From Cenarchaeum sp. (GTDB lineage: Archaea; Thermoproteota; Nitrososphaeria; Nitrososphaerales; Nitrosopumilaceae): 64,000 bases of DNA. A program made the position numbers and the translations under genes. Positions 30,181 through 40,677 of this stretch are shown piece after piece. Below the pieces are notes generated by a model. That model searched no databases. It was not told the origin of the DNA and saw only the letters and a list, made by a program, of their open reading frames with translations. The DNA lies in NCBI GenBank assembly GCA_965242695.1, contig CBDESU010000001.1:1472001-1536000 (forward strand). The letters are read 5' to 3'. How positions within the stretch are numbered: the stretch's first letter is position 1; each line of letters starts with the position of its first letter.

Positions 30181-30647
30181 CCGAGATAAGGCGCATAACA
30201 ACCGAAAAGTGGGAGATACTCACATCACACAACGACGACTATGAAAAGCTTGTCACAAGGGGAAAACTCTTCCCTACAAAGCACCACCTCTTTGCAGCAG
30301 GGCTAGTGTACGGATTGCTACACGACAAGCGGTACGACAAAAAGCCCACGGTTGCGATTACAAAACTTTTTTCGATCGGCGACAAAACGACAACTGGTGT
30401 CATTGACATGGTATTCTGGGTTTTGAACAACGAAAAAGATGATAAAAAAGTGTGGGCAGAAATGCTCCACATTGCGGACGGAGGAGTCATGGCACTGAGC
30501 GAGATGTATGATTCAGGAGGAGGCAACATTGACATATCGCGCCTGTTGGACGACGCCAAAGCGTTGTGGCCAAGACGGGCCAATGGCCTTTACAACATAG
30601 GCACGGCGACAAGCAAGCAGGGCAGGACGGCAACACTGCCAGAATGA
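30177..30647 (+). CDS. PbeD-like protein (copy 2)
   Basis: LFAAGLVYG..MLHIADGGV; ATGA overlap with ATPase stop. Confidence 0.65.
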   Translation: MTEIRRITTEKWEILTSHNDDYEKLVTRGKLFPTKHHLFAAGLVYGLLHDKRYDKKPTVAITKLFSIGDKTTTGVIDMVFWVLNNEKDDKKVWAEMLHIADGGVMALSEMYDSGGGNIDISRLLDDAKALWPRRANGLYNIGTATSKQGRTATLPE

Positions 30648-31073
30648 CGATCTATTTTGGGAGCCTCGACAGAGGCCGTCCAGGAGCGCACGAGTACACA
30701 AGGAAACTAAAGATCATGGGGGCATTTTGAGCGGGCGCATGCAACCAATCCCGACACGGCCTGCGACATCACCACGACATCGAAAAGTGATGTCCATATC
30801 AGCGTGTGTAATAGTCAAGAGGTGTGTTTGAGACATATCAAACGCGGATGCTAGGATTACACATGATAGAAGTCTATTTTTAATGCAAACACTAAAAGAG
30901 TAAATTAAACCTATACACCTAGAAATATACCGACAATTGCTTACGGCTGAAAAGCAAACAAACATGAGTGACTACTACGATATTTGCCAAGGAAGTCAAT
31001 TTTAAACGCTGTACAGTATTTGGGCAGAATCACTACATATAATAACCCACGCAGGGACGGGCCAGACGTGACG

Positions 31074-33317
31074 ATGAAGGGGAAGTTTGATGAAACGCAT
31101 GCTGAGCGCATAAGTGCCCTTTTAACCTCACAAGACATCCCGATGCAGTCGTTTGTCGTACCAAGGTTTCAACGAAACTACGCGTGGAGGCATGACAGAG
31201 AAGCAGGGAAGTTGTGGGAGGATGTATATGACAACTACGTAGAGTACAAAGAAAATATTCCCGAGAACATTATCGATGGGCAGTACATGCTCGGTCCGCT
31301 GGTACTGTTAGAAGACAAGAAAGAAGAATTTGAATGGCAAGTGATTGATGGACAACAGCGTCTAGCCACATTAACCACACTTTTTTGTGTAATAAGAGAC
31401 ATATTCTTTGTCCTAAGAGAGCATTTGACCAACGATGAGGGTTACAAGTTATCCAAATCACTCATTGAAAAAGAGAGGTTCGATGAAGATGATATCGAGT
31501 CAAAGCTAGAGCCAAAGCTACAACTAAATCATATCGATAGGGGCTTCTTTTTCGAAATGATTCAAAAAGAAGGCGATCCTGACGCTAAACTTTCTGCGTG
31601 GGTCAGCAAGGCAAAAGGCCAAAAAAAGACGATCCCAACATCCCATAAACTACTTATGAAATGCTATGAAGAATTCTACGATGAGGTTGAAAGGGCCTTG
31701 CTGACAGGGTTTGTTGATCGAAATGAAGCTGAAAGTAGGTTAAAAGAAAAAGAAGAACAAATTGAAAAAGATTTGACAAGAGACATGGCAGCAAACCCTG
31801 AAAAATACGGTTTTGAGGGTGGCTTTTTTTTGAGGCATTGGGATGGAGAAAAATTTGTGCAAGATGGCAAAATAGATGAAAATGAGCGTGCAGATTATGA
31901 GCGAATAAAGGCGATGCCAAGTGGCAGAAGGCACCAAGACGCTAGTGAGTACGTAAGATACATTGTTAGTCAAAAAGAAAAAAAATTCAGAAAGCGACTC
32001 AGTGTAGAGACCAAAACCCGAAGATCGAGAATGTTAAGAGATGATGGTCCCAAAAACATAGGGATGCTAACAAAATTTCTGAAACATGTGATAAGACAAA
32101 ATTTTGTGGTGTCTGTAAAAGTAAGAAACGAGAGCGATGCATTTATGATTTTTGAGACATTAAATGCAAGAAACAAACCGCTATCAAAATCAGAGCTTAT
32201 AAAAAATATGTGCTTTAAGGCAGTAAAAAATGAAAAAGAGATAATCGATCTGGACAATCAATGGATGGATATTTTCAGCGAGTTGGAAAATGGCGATCGG
32301 TTTATTCGCGAGTCACTTCGTTCACGGTATTTTGATGATCATGAGAATCCTAACCCCAAACGAAAGAAAAAAGTCAAGGCAACAACGTCGAACCTCTTCG
32401 TCATTATCAAGAGTATTGTTAATGACGACGATCGAAAGGCAAAAGATTACATTAATTGGTTGGAAACAGATTCAAAGTTTGTAAAATTTATGGACGACCC
32501 CTTCAGTTATACCGATGACGAAGTAATTAAATCGAATTTGGTTTCGTTGAAACGACTGGATGCGGTTCATATCAGGATACCGCTTCTTACTGCCTACAGA
32601 AGACTAAACTCGGGGGGAAAACGATATGGGTTTTCTGAGAAAGATTTTGAGGAGTTTTCGAGTATGTTGATAAAGTTTCACTTTCGAAACAGAACCATTG
32701 GTAAGTTACATCCAAGTAAAATGGAAGACATCATGTTAGATGTGGCAAAAAAAATAGAGAGTGGAGAAAGTTTAGCAGACGTCACAAGTCTACTGCGTCA
32801 AAAAGACATAGAGGATGACGAATTTGAGAGTGGGTTTCGCAAATTCAAACCAGACGAATCAGAAGTGATAAAGTATATCCTGTTGGAAATTGAGAAATAT
32901 TTGCGTAACAGTCAAGATGTATTGCAACTTAAAACCGATGCTACCGTTGAACATATACTACCCAAGGACCCAGGAGGAAATTGGAATAAGAGTGAATTTT
33001 TCAACGAGGAGAGCGACGATGTTGAACATAATTTTGAGTCATATCATAACCGTATCGGAAACATGACGCTGTTAACAAAAGGACTCAATTCAAAAATTCA
33101 AAACAAGTCTTTTTGTGTAAAAAAAACTGAGGCGTACAAAAACGAAAAGACGTTACATATAACATTAGAAACTGTTTTAAAAATGGCAAAATGTGCCGAA
33201 GAATTGGGCCGTGGTGCTAAGCCAGAATTTAACGATGTAAAAGAATGGACAGCGAGAATCATTGATGAGAGAAGCGAGTGCTTTTCAAAACTGGCAAAAA
33301 TGATATGGAGTGTGTAA
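31074..33317 (+). CDS. DUF262-DUF1524 protein (GmrSD / SspE-like nuclease)
   Basis: VPRFQRNYAW, VIDGQQRL, FETLNARNKPLS, C-terminal VEHILPK..RIGNMTLL..LNSKIQNKSF; strongly AT-rich. Confidence 0.9.
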   Translation: MKGKFDETHAERISALLTSQDIPMQSFVVPRFQRNYAWRHDREAGKLWEDVYDNYVEYKENIPENIIDGQYMLGPLVLLEDKKEEFEWQVIDGQQRLATLTTLFCVIRDIFFVLREHLTNDEGYKLSKSLIEKERFDEDDIESKLEPKLQLNHIDRGFFFEMIQKEGDPDAKLSAWVSKAKGQKKTIPTSHKLLMKCYEEFYDEVERALLTGFVDRNEAESRLKEKEEQIEKDLTRDMAANPEKYGFEGGFFLRHWDGEKFVQDGKIDENERADYERIKAMPSGRRHQDASEYVRYIVSQKEKKFRKRLSVETKTRRSRMLRDDGPKNIGMLTKFLKHVIRQNFVVSVKVRNESDAFMIFETLNARNKPLSKSELIKNMCFKAVKNEKEIIDLDNQWMDIFSELENGDRFIRESLRSRYFDDHENPNPKRKKKVKATTSNLFVIIKSIVNDDDRKAKDYINWLETDSKFVKFMDDPFSYTDDEVIKSNLVSLKRLDAVHIRIPLLTAYRRLNSGGKRYGFSEKDFEEFSSMLIKFHFRNRTIGKLHPSKMEDIMLDVAKKIESGESLADVTSLLRQKDIEDDEFESGFRKFKPDESEVIKYILLEIEKYLRNSQDVLQLKTDATVEHILPKDPGGNWNKSEFFNEESDDVEHNFESYHNRIGNMTLLTKGLNSKIQNKSFCVKKTEAYKNEKTLHITLETVLKMAKCAEELGRGAKPEFNDVKEWTARIIDERSECFSKLAKMIWSV

Positions 33318-33536
33318 ATTGTTAGAGTTTCAACGCACCTCACATATTTTAGATTAAAAAACAATATCCAACGTAGTTATCAACAAACGATCACCCATAT
33401 TTGGTATGAAGCGTTAAAATTTCAGAACTTTCGTCGCCAAAAAACAGGTCGTTCCCCCTCTACTGCACCCAACTCGCCACGCATGTGTTTACCGTGCCCA
33501 TGCTCGCATCACGCCCCTATAGAATGTTGCCAACGT

Positions 33537-33582
33537 GCCATGACCAGACGAACAGCGTGGCCATGACCAGACGAACAGCGTG
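33537..33582. repeat. 23-bp tandem duplication
   Basis: gccatgaccagacgaacagcgtg x2. Confidence 0.9.
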
Positions 33583-33770
33583 GCCACAACAAAACGCTCT
33601 CGACGACCCCGAAATTCACAGCCCCCCCCCCAAGACGTGAACTGCCCACATGAGCACATCAAATGCTTAATACACTAACGAAGCCGGCCCGCCGTGTGGC
33701 TCCACAGCACGGATCATGCGGATGGATGCAAAGCGGCGTACCCGCAGGCGGAGGGGGTACGAAGCCTACC

Positions 33771-34844
33771 ATGCTTCAGATAGAGGACATAGACGAGGAT
33801 AAGAGCAGTTGTACAACACCGAAAAAATACAACGTGATGTACATGCCCTCAGACTATACTCTCGGCGAGCTCTACGACATGTGGAAAAAGAACGCCATCA
33901 CCGTACCCGAATTCCAGCGAGGTTATGTGTGGACACCCGCACAGGCATCACGGCTTATAGAGTCATTCTGGATGGATCTCCCCGTGCCGCCCGTGTTCCT
34001 AATGATGGACAAGGAAGAGAATGCACTAGTGATAGACGGCATGCAGCGGCTCCTGACCATCTTCTACTTTTTTGACGGGTGGTACGGGAAGAGGGGGCAT
34101 CAAGAGTCTAGGCAGGAGTTCAAGATCGTCGGCATAAGCAAGGACAACGAGATCTATGGAAAGAGGTTTGATGATCTGCCAGAATACATACAGAAAGAGC
34201 TAAAGAACCAGCTTCTTCGCGCCATACTTATTCGTCAGAACCCGCCCGTCACCGGTAGCGCCAACGGCACCGCCATCTACCACATATTCGAACGCCTGAA
34301 CATGGGCGGCACCGCACTGTCTGAGCAGGAGATCAGAAACTGCATCTACACAGGCAAGCTCAACGATCTTCTTCACGATGTCAACAGTGACAAGGACTGG
34401 AGAAAGATTATGGGCAAGGCTTATCCAGATTCCCGCATGAACGACCTACAGCTTGCCCTTCGCTGCATAGCGCTTGTCCACTGTAGTGACAGGTACCGAA
34501 AGCCCATGAAGGACTTTTTGTCAGGGTTCATGCACGACATGCGCAACCCGACAGATGTCTTCATCCTGCAGGAAAAAGATCGCTTCGGCAACGTCTGCAG
34601 GGACATAGTCGACCACCTCGGCGAGCGCCCATTCCACAACTCGCGGGGGGCCCTCAAGTCCACACTCCTGGATGCCGTATTCGTGGCGTTCGCGCACAAT
34701 GATAGCCATGCCCCAATCGACATAAAAGAAAGGTTCGAAAGCTTGAAAAGAGGCCCCCTATTTGCATCGCATTCTGGCGCGTCCACTGACACATCAGCGG
34801 TCGGAGGACGCCTAGAAATCGCCCGCAAGGTGATGTTCGGGTGA
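33771..34844 (+). CDS. DUF262 (ParB-like/GmrS) domain protein
   Basis: VPEFQRGYVW, SRLIES..LPVP, IDGMQRL, IFERLNMGGTALSEQEIRN. Confidence 0.88.
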   Translation: MLQIEDIDEDKSSCTTPKKYNVMYMPSDYTLGELYDMWKKNAITVPEFQRGYVWTPAQASRLIESFWMDLPVPPVFLMMDKEENALVIDGMQRLLTIFYFFDGWYGKRGHQESRQEFKIVGISKDNEIYGKRFDDLPEYIQKELKNQLLRAILIRQNPPVTGSANGTAIYHIFERLNMGGTALSEQEIRNCIYTGKLNDLLHDVNSDKDWRKIMGKAYPDSRMNDLQLALRCIALVHCSDRYRKPMKDFLSGFMHDMRNPTDVFILQEKDRFGNVCRDIVDHLGERPFHNSRGALKSTLLDAVFVAFAHNDSHAPIDIKERFESLKRGPLFASHSGASTDTSAVGGRLEIARKVMFG

Positions 34845-35100
34845 TGGCAGACGGCTCTCGACGCACCTGACAGTGAGCTGGCAGTATGGATCGACCACTT
34901 CGACAGGACGGGTCCCCGGCGCACAATCATCGAGTGCCACCTAACCGGATTCACGTCTGTCCACATATGGGTCACTATGAAAATGAAATAGTCAGGATCA
35001 TACCAGACAGGGTCCAAGTGTCGAGAGACGGAAGTCCGTTGCCGCACACGGCACCCCTGCATGAGTGTCGCGCTCCCATGCATCCCGACGCCCTCGGGGC
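34844..35100 (+). pseudogene. possible degraded HEPN-type partner of DUF262 gene
   Basis: frame-broken ..IECHLTGFTSVHI/G-HYENEIVRII.. resembles N-terminal helix of HEPN proteins that often follow DUF262 genes; weak. Confidence 0.3.
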
Positions 35101-35617
35101 GCCCTGTCTGGATTTGCCCGGAGCGCCTAGACGAGTTCCGCTAGGGCATCGAGCGATGTTATCTGTGACACTACAGGGACATCATGGAGAATAGGAGCGG
35201 GAGCGTGCATGGGAGGCGCATTCAAGTGACCTTTGACGAGGCTTGCGCGCATCATGCAAGCGCAAAGCGCGTTATTGGCAATTCAGATGCTCCCGGCACC
35301 TAGCGCGGCGTACGAAGGGAGTGATGCAGTGGCAAAGGCCGCGCCCTGCCAGCAACGCTCTGCGTTGCCCCGCATGCGGCGGGGCATGCGCCCTTGACGC
35401 CGCCCCGCCGATCCCGCCCACAACGGCTGCGCCGCCAGGCGCTACACGGATCGCCGCCCCGCCGATCCCGCCCGCCGATCGCCGTAGCACCGATCGTCCG
35501 CGCGGCCCGCTCAGGCGACCAGACAGAGCCAGCCCCGCTCTCGCCGACGGAGCGCCCGCGCGGCCCCAAACAACACTCAAATTGCCTGACGATTTGTCGG
35601 GGCGCGTGAGCCAGGCG

Positions 35618-37327
35618 ATGGAGGAGCAGACCATGATCGGCGCGGCGGCCCTCATGAAGGCCATGTCCCGGGAGGGCGTCAAGCAGGTCTTCGGGCTGCC
35701 CGGCGGGGCCAACCTGCCCATGTACGACGAGCTGTTCAAGTCGGACATACGCCACATCCTGGTACGGCACGAGCAGTCGGCCGCCCACATGGCCGACGGG
35801 TTCGGCAGGGTCAGCCGCAAGCCCGGCGTGTGCTTTGCCACGTCCGGCCCCGGCGCTACGAACATCCTCACGGGGATCGCCACGGCCCAGGCCGACTCTG
35901 CCCCCATGGTCGCCGTCACCGGGCAGGTGCCCGTCAAGATGATCGGCAGGGACGCCTTCCAAGAGAGCGACATCATCGGCATGGCCAACCCCGTCGTAAA
36001 GTACGCGTTCCAGCCTCGCGACGCGGCCGAGATACCGGATGTGGTCCGCAAGGGGTTCTACATCGCCGAGACCGGCAGGCCCGGCCCCGTCCTGCTCGAC
36101 ATACCAAAGGACGTGCAGCAGAACGAGGCGCCCATGAAGTTTCCCGACGAGTTCAAGATAAGGGGGTACCACCCGTGGGCCGACCCCGACATCGCCAACA
36201 TCGAAAAGGCCATAGAGATGCTCATGGTCTCGGAAAAGCCCGTCATACTTGCGGGCGGCGGGACCATCATATCGATGGCGTTTGCCGAGCTGCAGGCCAT
36301 TGCAGAGGCGCTCGCAATCCCCGTCGTGACGACCTTCAAGGGCAAGGGGTCGTTCCCCGAGAACCACCCGCTCTCGCTCGGCCCCATCGGCATGCACGGG
36401 CATGCAGAGGCCAACAAGATAATGACCGAGGCCGACTGCGTGCTCGCCATCGGCACCAGGTTCTCGGACAGGTCGGTCGGAACGTTCGACGAGTTCGAGC
36501 GCAACCTAAAGATCATCCACATGGACGTCGACCCCGCCGAGATCGGCAAGAACCAGACGACAAAGGTCGCCGTCGTCGGAGACGTGCGCGCATCCCTGCG
36601 CATCATGGTAAAGATGGTCCTGGAGAGGCAGGAGAGGGCAGGCAAGAGCGCCGAGGGAGACGGGACGGAGTGGTTCAGGCACGTAAAGGAGGTGCGGCAG
36701 TACTGGAAGGACAACCTAAAGATACACCCCGGCGAGATGGCCGCGGCCCGCATACTGCGCAAGCTGCGCGAAGAGCTCCCCGCAGAGTCTATCATCACGA
36801 CCGAGGTGGGCCAGCACCAGATGTGGGCGTCGCTGTTCTACGACGTCGTGCAGCCCGGCACGTTCTTCAGCTCGACGGGCCTCGGCACGATGGGCTGGGG
36901 ATTCCCGGCGGCCATCGGCGCAAAGGTCGCAAGGCCGGACGTTCCCGTCGTAGACATCGCCGGCGACGGCTCGTTCAACATGACAGAGAACTCGCTGGCC
37001 ACGTCCGTCCTCGAGGACATACCCGTCATCGTCTTCCTGGTCAACAACTTTACGCTCGGCATGGTAGCGCAGTGGCAGCGCACGTTCTACGACCGCCGCA
37101 TGATCGGCGTCGACCAGAAGCACTGCCCCGACTACGTAAGGCTGGCAGAGTCGTACGGCGCGCAGGGCATACGCGCCGAGACGCTCGACGAGCTAGGCAG
37201 GGCGGTCCGCACGGCCCTGCGCAGCGAGGTGGCCACCGTCATCGACATACCGATCGACCCCGAGGAGGACGTCCTGCCGTTCGTCGCCCCGGGCACGTCC
37301 CTCAAGGAGATGATCCTCCCGTCCTAG
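35618..37327 (+). CDS. ilvB: acetolactate synthase large subunit
   Basis: FGLPGG, RHEQ, TSGPGATN, GDGSFNM TPP motif. Confidence 0.95.
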   Translation: MEEQTMIGAAALMKAMSREGVKQVFGLPGGANLPMYDELFKSDIRHILVRHEQSAAHMADGFGRVSRKPGVCFATSGPGATNILTGIATAQADSAPMVAVTGQVPVKMIGRDAFQESDIIGMANPVVKYAFQPRDAAEIPDVVRKGFYIAETGRPGPVLLDIPKDVQQNEAPMKFPDEFKIRGYHPWADPDIANIEKAIEMLMVSEKPVILAGGGTIISMAFAELQAIAEALAIPVVTTFKGKGSFPENHPLSLGPIGMHGHAEANKIMTEADCVLAIGTRFSDRSVGTFDEFERNLKIIHMDVDPAEIGKNQTTKVAVVGDVRASLRIMVKMVLERQERAGKSAEGDGTEWFRHVKEVRQYWKDNLKIHPGEMAAARILRKLREELPAESIITTEVGQHQMWASLFYDVVQPGTFFSSTGLGTMGWGFPAAIGAKVARPDVPVVDIAGDGSFNMTENSLATSVLEDIPVIVFLVNNFTLGMVAQWQRTFYDRRMIGVDQKHCPDYVRLAESYGAQGIRAETLDELGRAVRTALRSEVATVIDIPIDPEEDVLPFVAPGTSLKEMILPS

Positions 37328-37336
37328 GGGGTGGCC

Positions 37337-37825
37337 ATGGTGTGGGCAATACTCTCGCTGCTCGTCGAGAACAAGCCGGGCATACTGTTCCAGGTGACGC
37401 ACCTGTTCAGGGCCCGCAACTTCAACATCGACAGCATATCGGTCGGCGTGACCGAGGACCCCGGGCTGTCGCGCATGACCATCACGACCTACGGCGACGA
37501 GAGGCAGGTGAGGCAGATCGTAAAGCAGCTCGACAAGATGATCGACACGATCGAGGTGATGCACCTAGACGAGCACAAGACCGTGTACAGGGAGCTCGTC
37601 CTGTTCAAGATACGCGTGTCCAGCGCCCAGGACAGCATGCGCATAAACGAGATGGCCAACGCGTACGGCGGCAAGGTGCACGACGTGCGCAGGGACTCCA
37701 TGATGGTCGAGCTGACGGCGACCCCCGACCAGATACGGGCGTTCGAGGAGCTCGCAAGGCCGTTCGGCATACTAGAGACGGCGCGCACTGGGATCGCCGC
37801 CATGCAGAGGAGCGGGTCGGATTGA
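37337..37825 (+). CDS. ilvH: acetolactate synthase small (regulatory) subunit
   Basis: LVENKPGIL..FRARNFNIDSISVG ACT domain. Confidence 0.93.
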   Translation: MVWAILSLLVENKPGILFQVTHLFRARNFNIDSISVGVTEDPGLSRMTITTYGDERQVRQIVKQLDKMIDTIEVMHLDEHKTVYRELVLFKIRVSSAQDSMRINEMANAYGGKVHDVRRDSMMVELTATPDQIRAFEELARPFGILETARTGIAAMQRSGSD

Positions 37826-39420
37826 GGGTGCGCGTGTTCGACACGACGCTGCGCGACGGCGAGCAGACGCCAGGCGTGTCGCTCTCGCCAGAGGACAAGG
37901 TGAGGATTGCCGGGATACTCGACGGCCTCGGCGTCGACGCGATAGAGGCGGGGTTCCCCGTCATATCCGACGGCGAGGCGAGGGCGGTCAGGATGATCTG
38001 CAGGGAGAGCCTGTCGGCGCAGGTGTGCGGGCTTGCGCGCGCCAACAAAAAGGACATCGACGCGGCCGCCGACGCCGGCCTGTCGTACGTGCACGCGTTC
38101 ATCGCGACGTCGGACATACACTTGGAGTACAAGCTAAAGATGAAGAGGGAAGAGGCGCTGGCAAGGGCCGTAGAGGCCGTAGAGTACGCAAAGTCGCGCG
38201 GCATGGAGGTAGAGTTCTCGGCAGAGGACGCGACGAGGACGGACAGGGCATTTCTGTCCGAGGTGTTTCGGGCAGTCGCGCAGGCCGGCGCCGACCGCGT
38301 AGACATACCCGATACCGTCGGGTACTCTACGCCGGCCTACATGGCCGAGATTACGAGGGACGCCGTAGAGGCCACAAGGGGCCTGCCCATCAGCGTCCAC
38401 TGCCACAACGACTTTGGCCTCGCCGTCGCCAACGCCATATCCGGCCTGCAGGCCGGCGCGCAGTGCGCCCACGTCACAGTCAACGGCATAGGCGAGAGGG
38501 CAGGCAACGCGTCGCTCGAGGAGCTTGTGATGGCCCTCCAGTGCCTCCAGTTCGGGGAAAGGTACGAGACGGGCGTGCACTCGGAGCGCATATACGACGC
38601 GTCAAGGGAGGTGTCCAGCCTGGTCGGCATACAGGTGCAGCCGAACAAGGCCATTGTAGGCGACAACGCGTTCGGCCACGAGTCGGGCATACACACGCAC
38701 GGCGTGCTGTCCAACCCGCTCACGTACGAGCCGATAAGCCCCGAGCTGGTCGGGCGCACCCGCTGGATGCAGGTCGGCAAGCATGCGGGGGTGCACGGCA
38801 TGAACGCGATGCTCGCCGAGTACGGCGTGAGGCCGACCGACGGGCAGGCAAGGGCGATACTTGCGAGGGTCAAGGGCATGGGCGACAGGGGGAGGCAGGT
38901 GACGGACGTCGAGCTGCTCTCGATGGCAAGCGAGGTCATGCAGGACGACGCGATACGGCGCATAGTGCGCCTCGACGGGTTCTCCGTATCGACGGGGATC
39001 GGGACGATGCCGTACGCGTTCGTGAGGCTCAACATCGACGGCAAGGAGTTCTCGGCGACGGACCACGGGGTCGGGCCCGTCGATGCCGCCCTCAGCGCGA
39101 TACAGAAGATTACCGGCGAGATCGCAAAGGTGCGCATACGCGACTACGCCCTTGCGTCGATATCGGGCGGGTCCAACGCCCTGTGCGAGGTCACGGTGCG
39201 GGTCGAGGACGCGGCCAAGAACAAGGTGACGGCAAAGGCGATCGGCGAGGATATAGTGACGACGAGCGTAAAGGCCGTCATCGACGGGATAAACAGGGTG
39301 ATGCTGCGCAAGATGCTCTGGTCTAGGGGGAGCGGGGCGTCGGCCGCGGGGGCGGGCGCGCCGGGGGACGCGGGGCCCGCCCCCGGCGGCGGGGCCGGCG
39401 ATGCCGGCGGCGTCTCCTAG
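37822..39420 (+). CDS. leuA: 2-isopropylmalate synthase (LeuA/CimA family)
   Basis: DTTLRDGEQ, HCHND, GERAGN, HESGIH, C-terminal regulatory domain; TTG start overlapping ilvH stop. Confidence 0.88.
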   Translation: MRVRVFDTTLRDGEQTPGVSLSPEDKVRIAGILDGLGVDAIEAGFPVISDGEARAVRMICRESLSAQVCGLARANKKDIDAAADAGLSYVHAFIATSDIHLEYKLKMKREEALARAVEAVEYAKSRGMEVEFSAEDATRTDRAFLSEVFRAVAQAGADRVDIPDTVGYSTPAYMAEITRDAVEATRGLPISVHCHNDFGLAVANAISGLQAGAQCAHVTVNGIGERAGNASLEELVMALQCLQFGERYETGVHSERIYDASREVSSLVGIQVQPNKAIVGDNAFGHESGIHTHGVLSNPLTYEPISPELVGRTRWMQVGKHAGVHGMNAMLAEYGVRPTDGQARAILARVKGMGDRGRQVTDVELLSMASEVMQDDAIRRIVRLDGFSVSTGIGTMPYAFVRLNIDGKEFSATDHGVGPVDAALSAIQKITGEIAKVRIRDYALASISGGSNALCEVTVRVEDAAKNKVTAKAIGEDIVTTSVKAVIDGINRVMLRKMLWSRGSGASAAGAGAPGDAGPAPGGGAGDAGGVS

Positions 39421-39435
39421 GCGGGTGCCGCGCCG

Positions 39436-40539
39436 GTGAAGCCGCTCGACATTTCGCTCATACCGGGCGACGGGATAGGCCCCGAGCTTGCGGCATCGGC
39501 GCGCGCCGTCCTCGATGCGGCCGGCGACAGGTTCGGCGTGCGGATGGACGTGCGCGAGTGCGAGGCCGGCGATGCCGCGCTCGAGAGGACGGGCAGGGCG
39601 CTGCCGGACGAGACGTTCGAGGCCGTGCGCGGGTCGGACGCGTGCCTAAAGGCGCCGGTCGGCGAGAGCGCGGCCGACGTCATCGTGGCGCTGCGCCGCA
39701 GGCTCGGCCTGTACGCCAACGTCAGGCCGGCAAAGTCGTACCCCGGCATGCCGGCCCTGTCGGACCGAATGGACATGGTCGTCGTCCGCGAGAATACCGA
39801 GGACCTGTACACGGGCGCCGAGTTCTATGTGGACGGGCCGCTGCCGCTGGCCGGCGCGTACGGCGGGGATGCCGGGGCGGGGAAGGGGGGCGGCCGCACG
39901 GCCGTGGCCCTGCGGATCGTCTCGGATGCGGCCTCGGAGCGCATAGCCAGGTACGCCTTCGAGTCGGCCGTCGAGAGGGGCGGGGCGAAAAAGGTCACGT
40001 GCGTGCACAAGTCGAACGTGATGCGCGTGACGGACGGGGTGTTTGCCGGCGCGTGCGCGCGGGTGGCCGAAGAGTACCCCGGCGTCGAGTTCGAGCAGAT
40101 GTACGTCGACGCGTGCGCGATGAACCTCATACGTCGGCCCGAGTCGTTCGACGTCGTCGTGACGACAAACCTGTTCGGCGACATACTCTCCGACGAGTCC
40201 TCGCAGGCGGCAGGCGGCCTCGGCATGGCTCCGGCCGCCAACGTAGGCGACTCGTTCGCGCTGTTCGAGCCCGTGCACGGGGCGGCGTTCGACATTGCGG
40301 GCAGGGGGATCGCCAACCCGTCGTCGTTCATCCTGTCGGCGTCGATGATGCTCGGGTGGCTTGCGCGGAGGAGGGGCGGGGCGGAGGGCGAGGGGTGCGC
40401 CGCGGCCGGCAGGGCCGTCGAGGATGCCGTGCGCGGGGCGGTGGCGGCAGGAGCCAGCACCGCAGACGTGGGAGGTGCGATGACGACGGTGCAGTTTACG
40501 GAAGAGGTCGTGTCCAGGATGGGCAGGCGGAAGGCGTGA
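39436..40539 (+). CDS. leuB: 3-isopropylmalate dehydrogenase (isocitrate/IPM dehydrogenase family)
   Basis: GDGIGPE, VRENTE, NLFGDILSD, EPVHGAAFDIAG. Confidence 0.85.
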   Translation: MKPLDISLIPGDGIGPELAASARAVLDAAGDRFGVRMDVRECEAGDAALERTGRALPDETFEAVRGSDACLKAPVGESAADVIVALRRRLGLYANVRPAKSYPGMPALSDRMDMVVVRENTEDLYTGAEFYVDGPLPLAGAYGGDAGAGKGGGRTAVALRIVSDAASERIARYAFESAVERGGAKKVTCVHKSNVMRVTDGVFAGACARVAEEYPGVEFEQMYVDACAMNLIRRPESFDVVVTTNLFGDILSDESSQAAGGLGMAPAANVGDSFALFEPVHGAAFDIAGRGIANPSSFILSASMMLGWLARRRGGAEGEGCAAAGRAVEDAVRGAVAAGASTADVGGAMTTVQFTEEVVSRMGRRKA

Positions 40540-40677
40540 GCCGCGCCGGGTCGGGCGGCGGCCCGAGGCGGCGGCAGGGCGGCCGGTACGGCAGGGGTGG
40601 CGCCCCCGGCGCCGCGGCCGGACGCGAGGTTTGACGAAAACTGTATGCTTAATGAGGGGCGATGGGCGTCCGGAATC

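Noticed and set aside
33537-33582. 23-bp tandem duplication as an att/target-site duplication
   Set aside because: Copies are adjacent and no matching copy was seen at the other side of the AT-rich cassette
1-35200. Island as an integrative mobile element
   Set aside because: No integrase, tRNA attachment site or flanking direct repeats seen within the window
35830-39420. 1196-aa ORF suggesting a giant LeuA fusion
   Set aside because: The N-terminal ~660 aa is an Arg-rich off-frame read-through of ilvB/ilvH; real LeuA starts at TTG 37822
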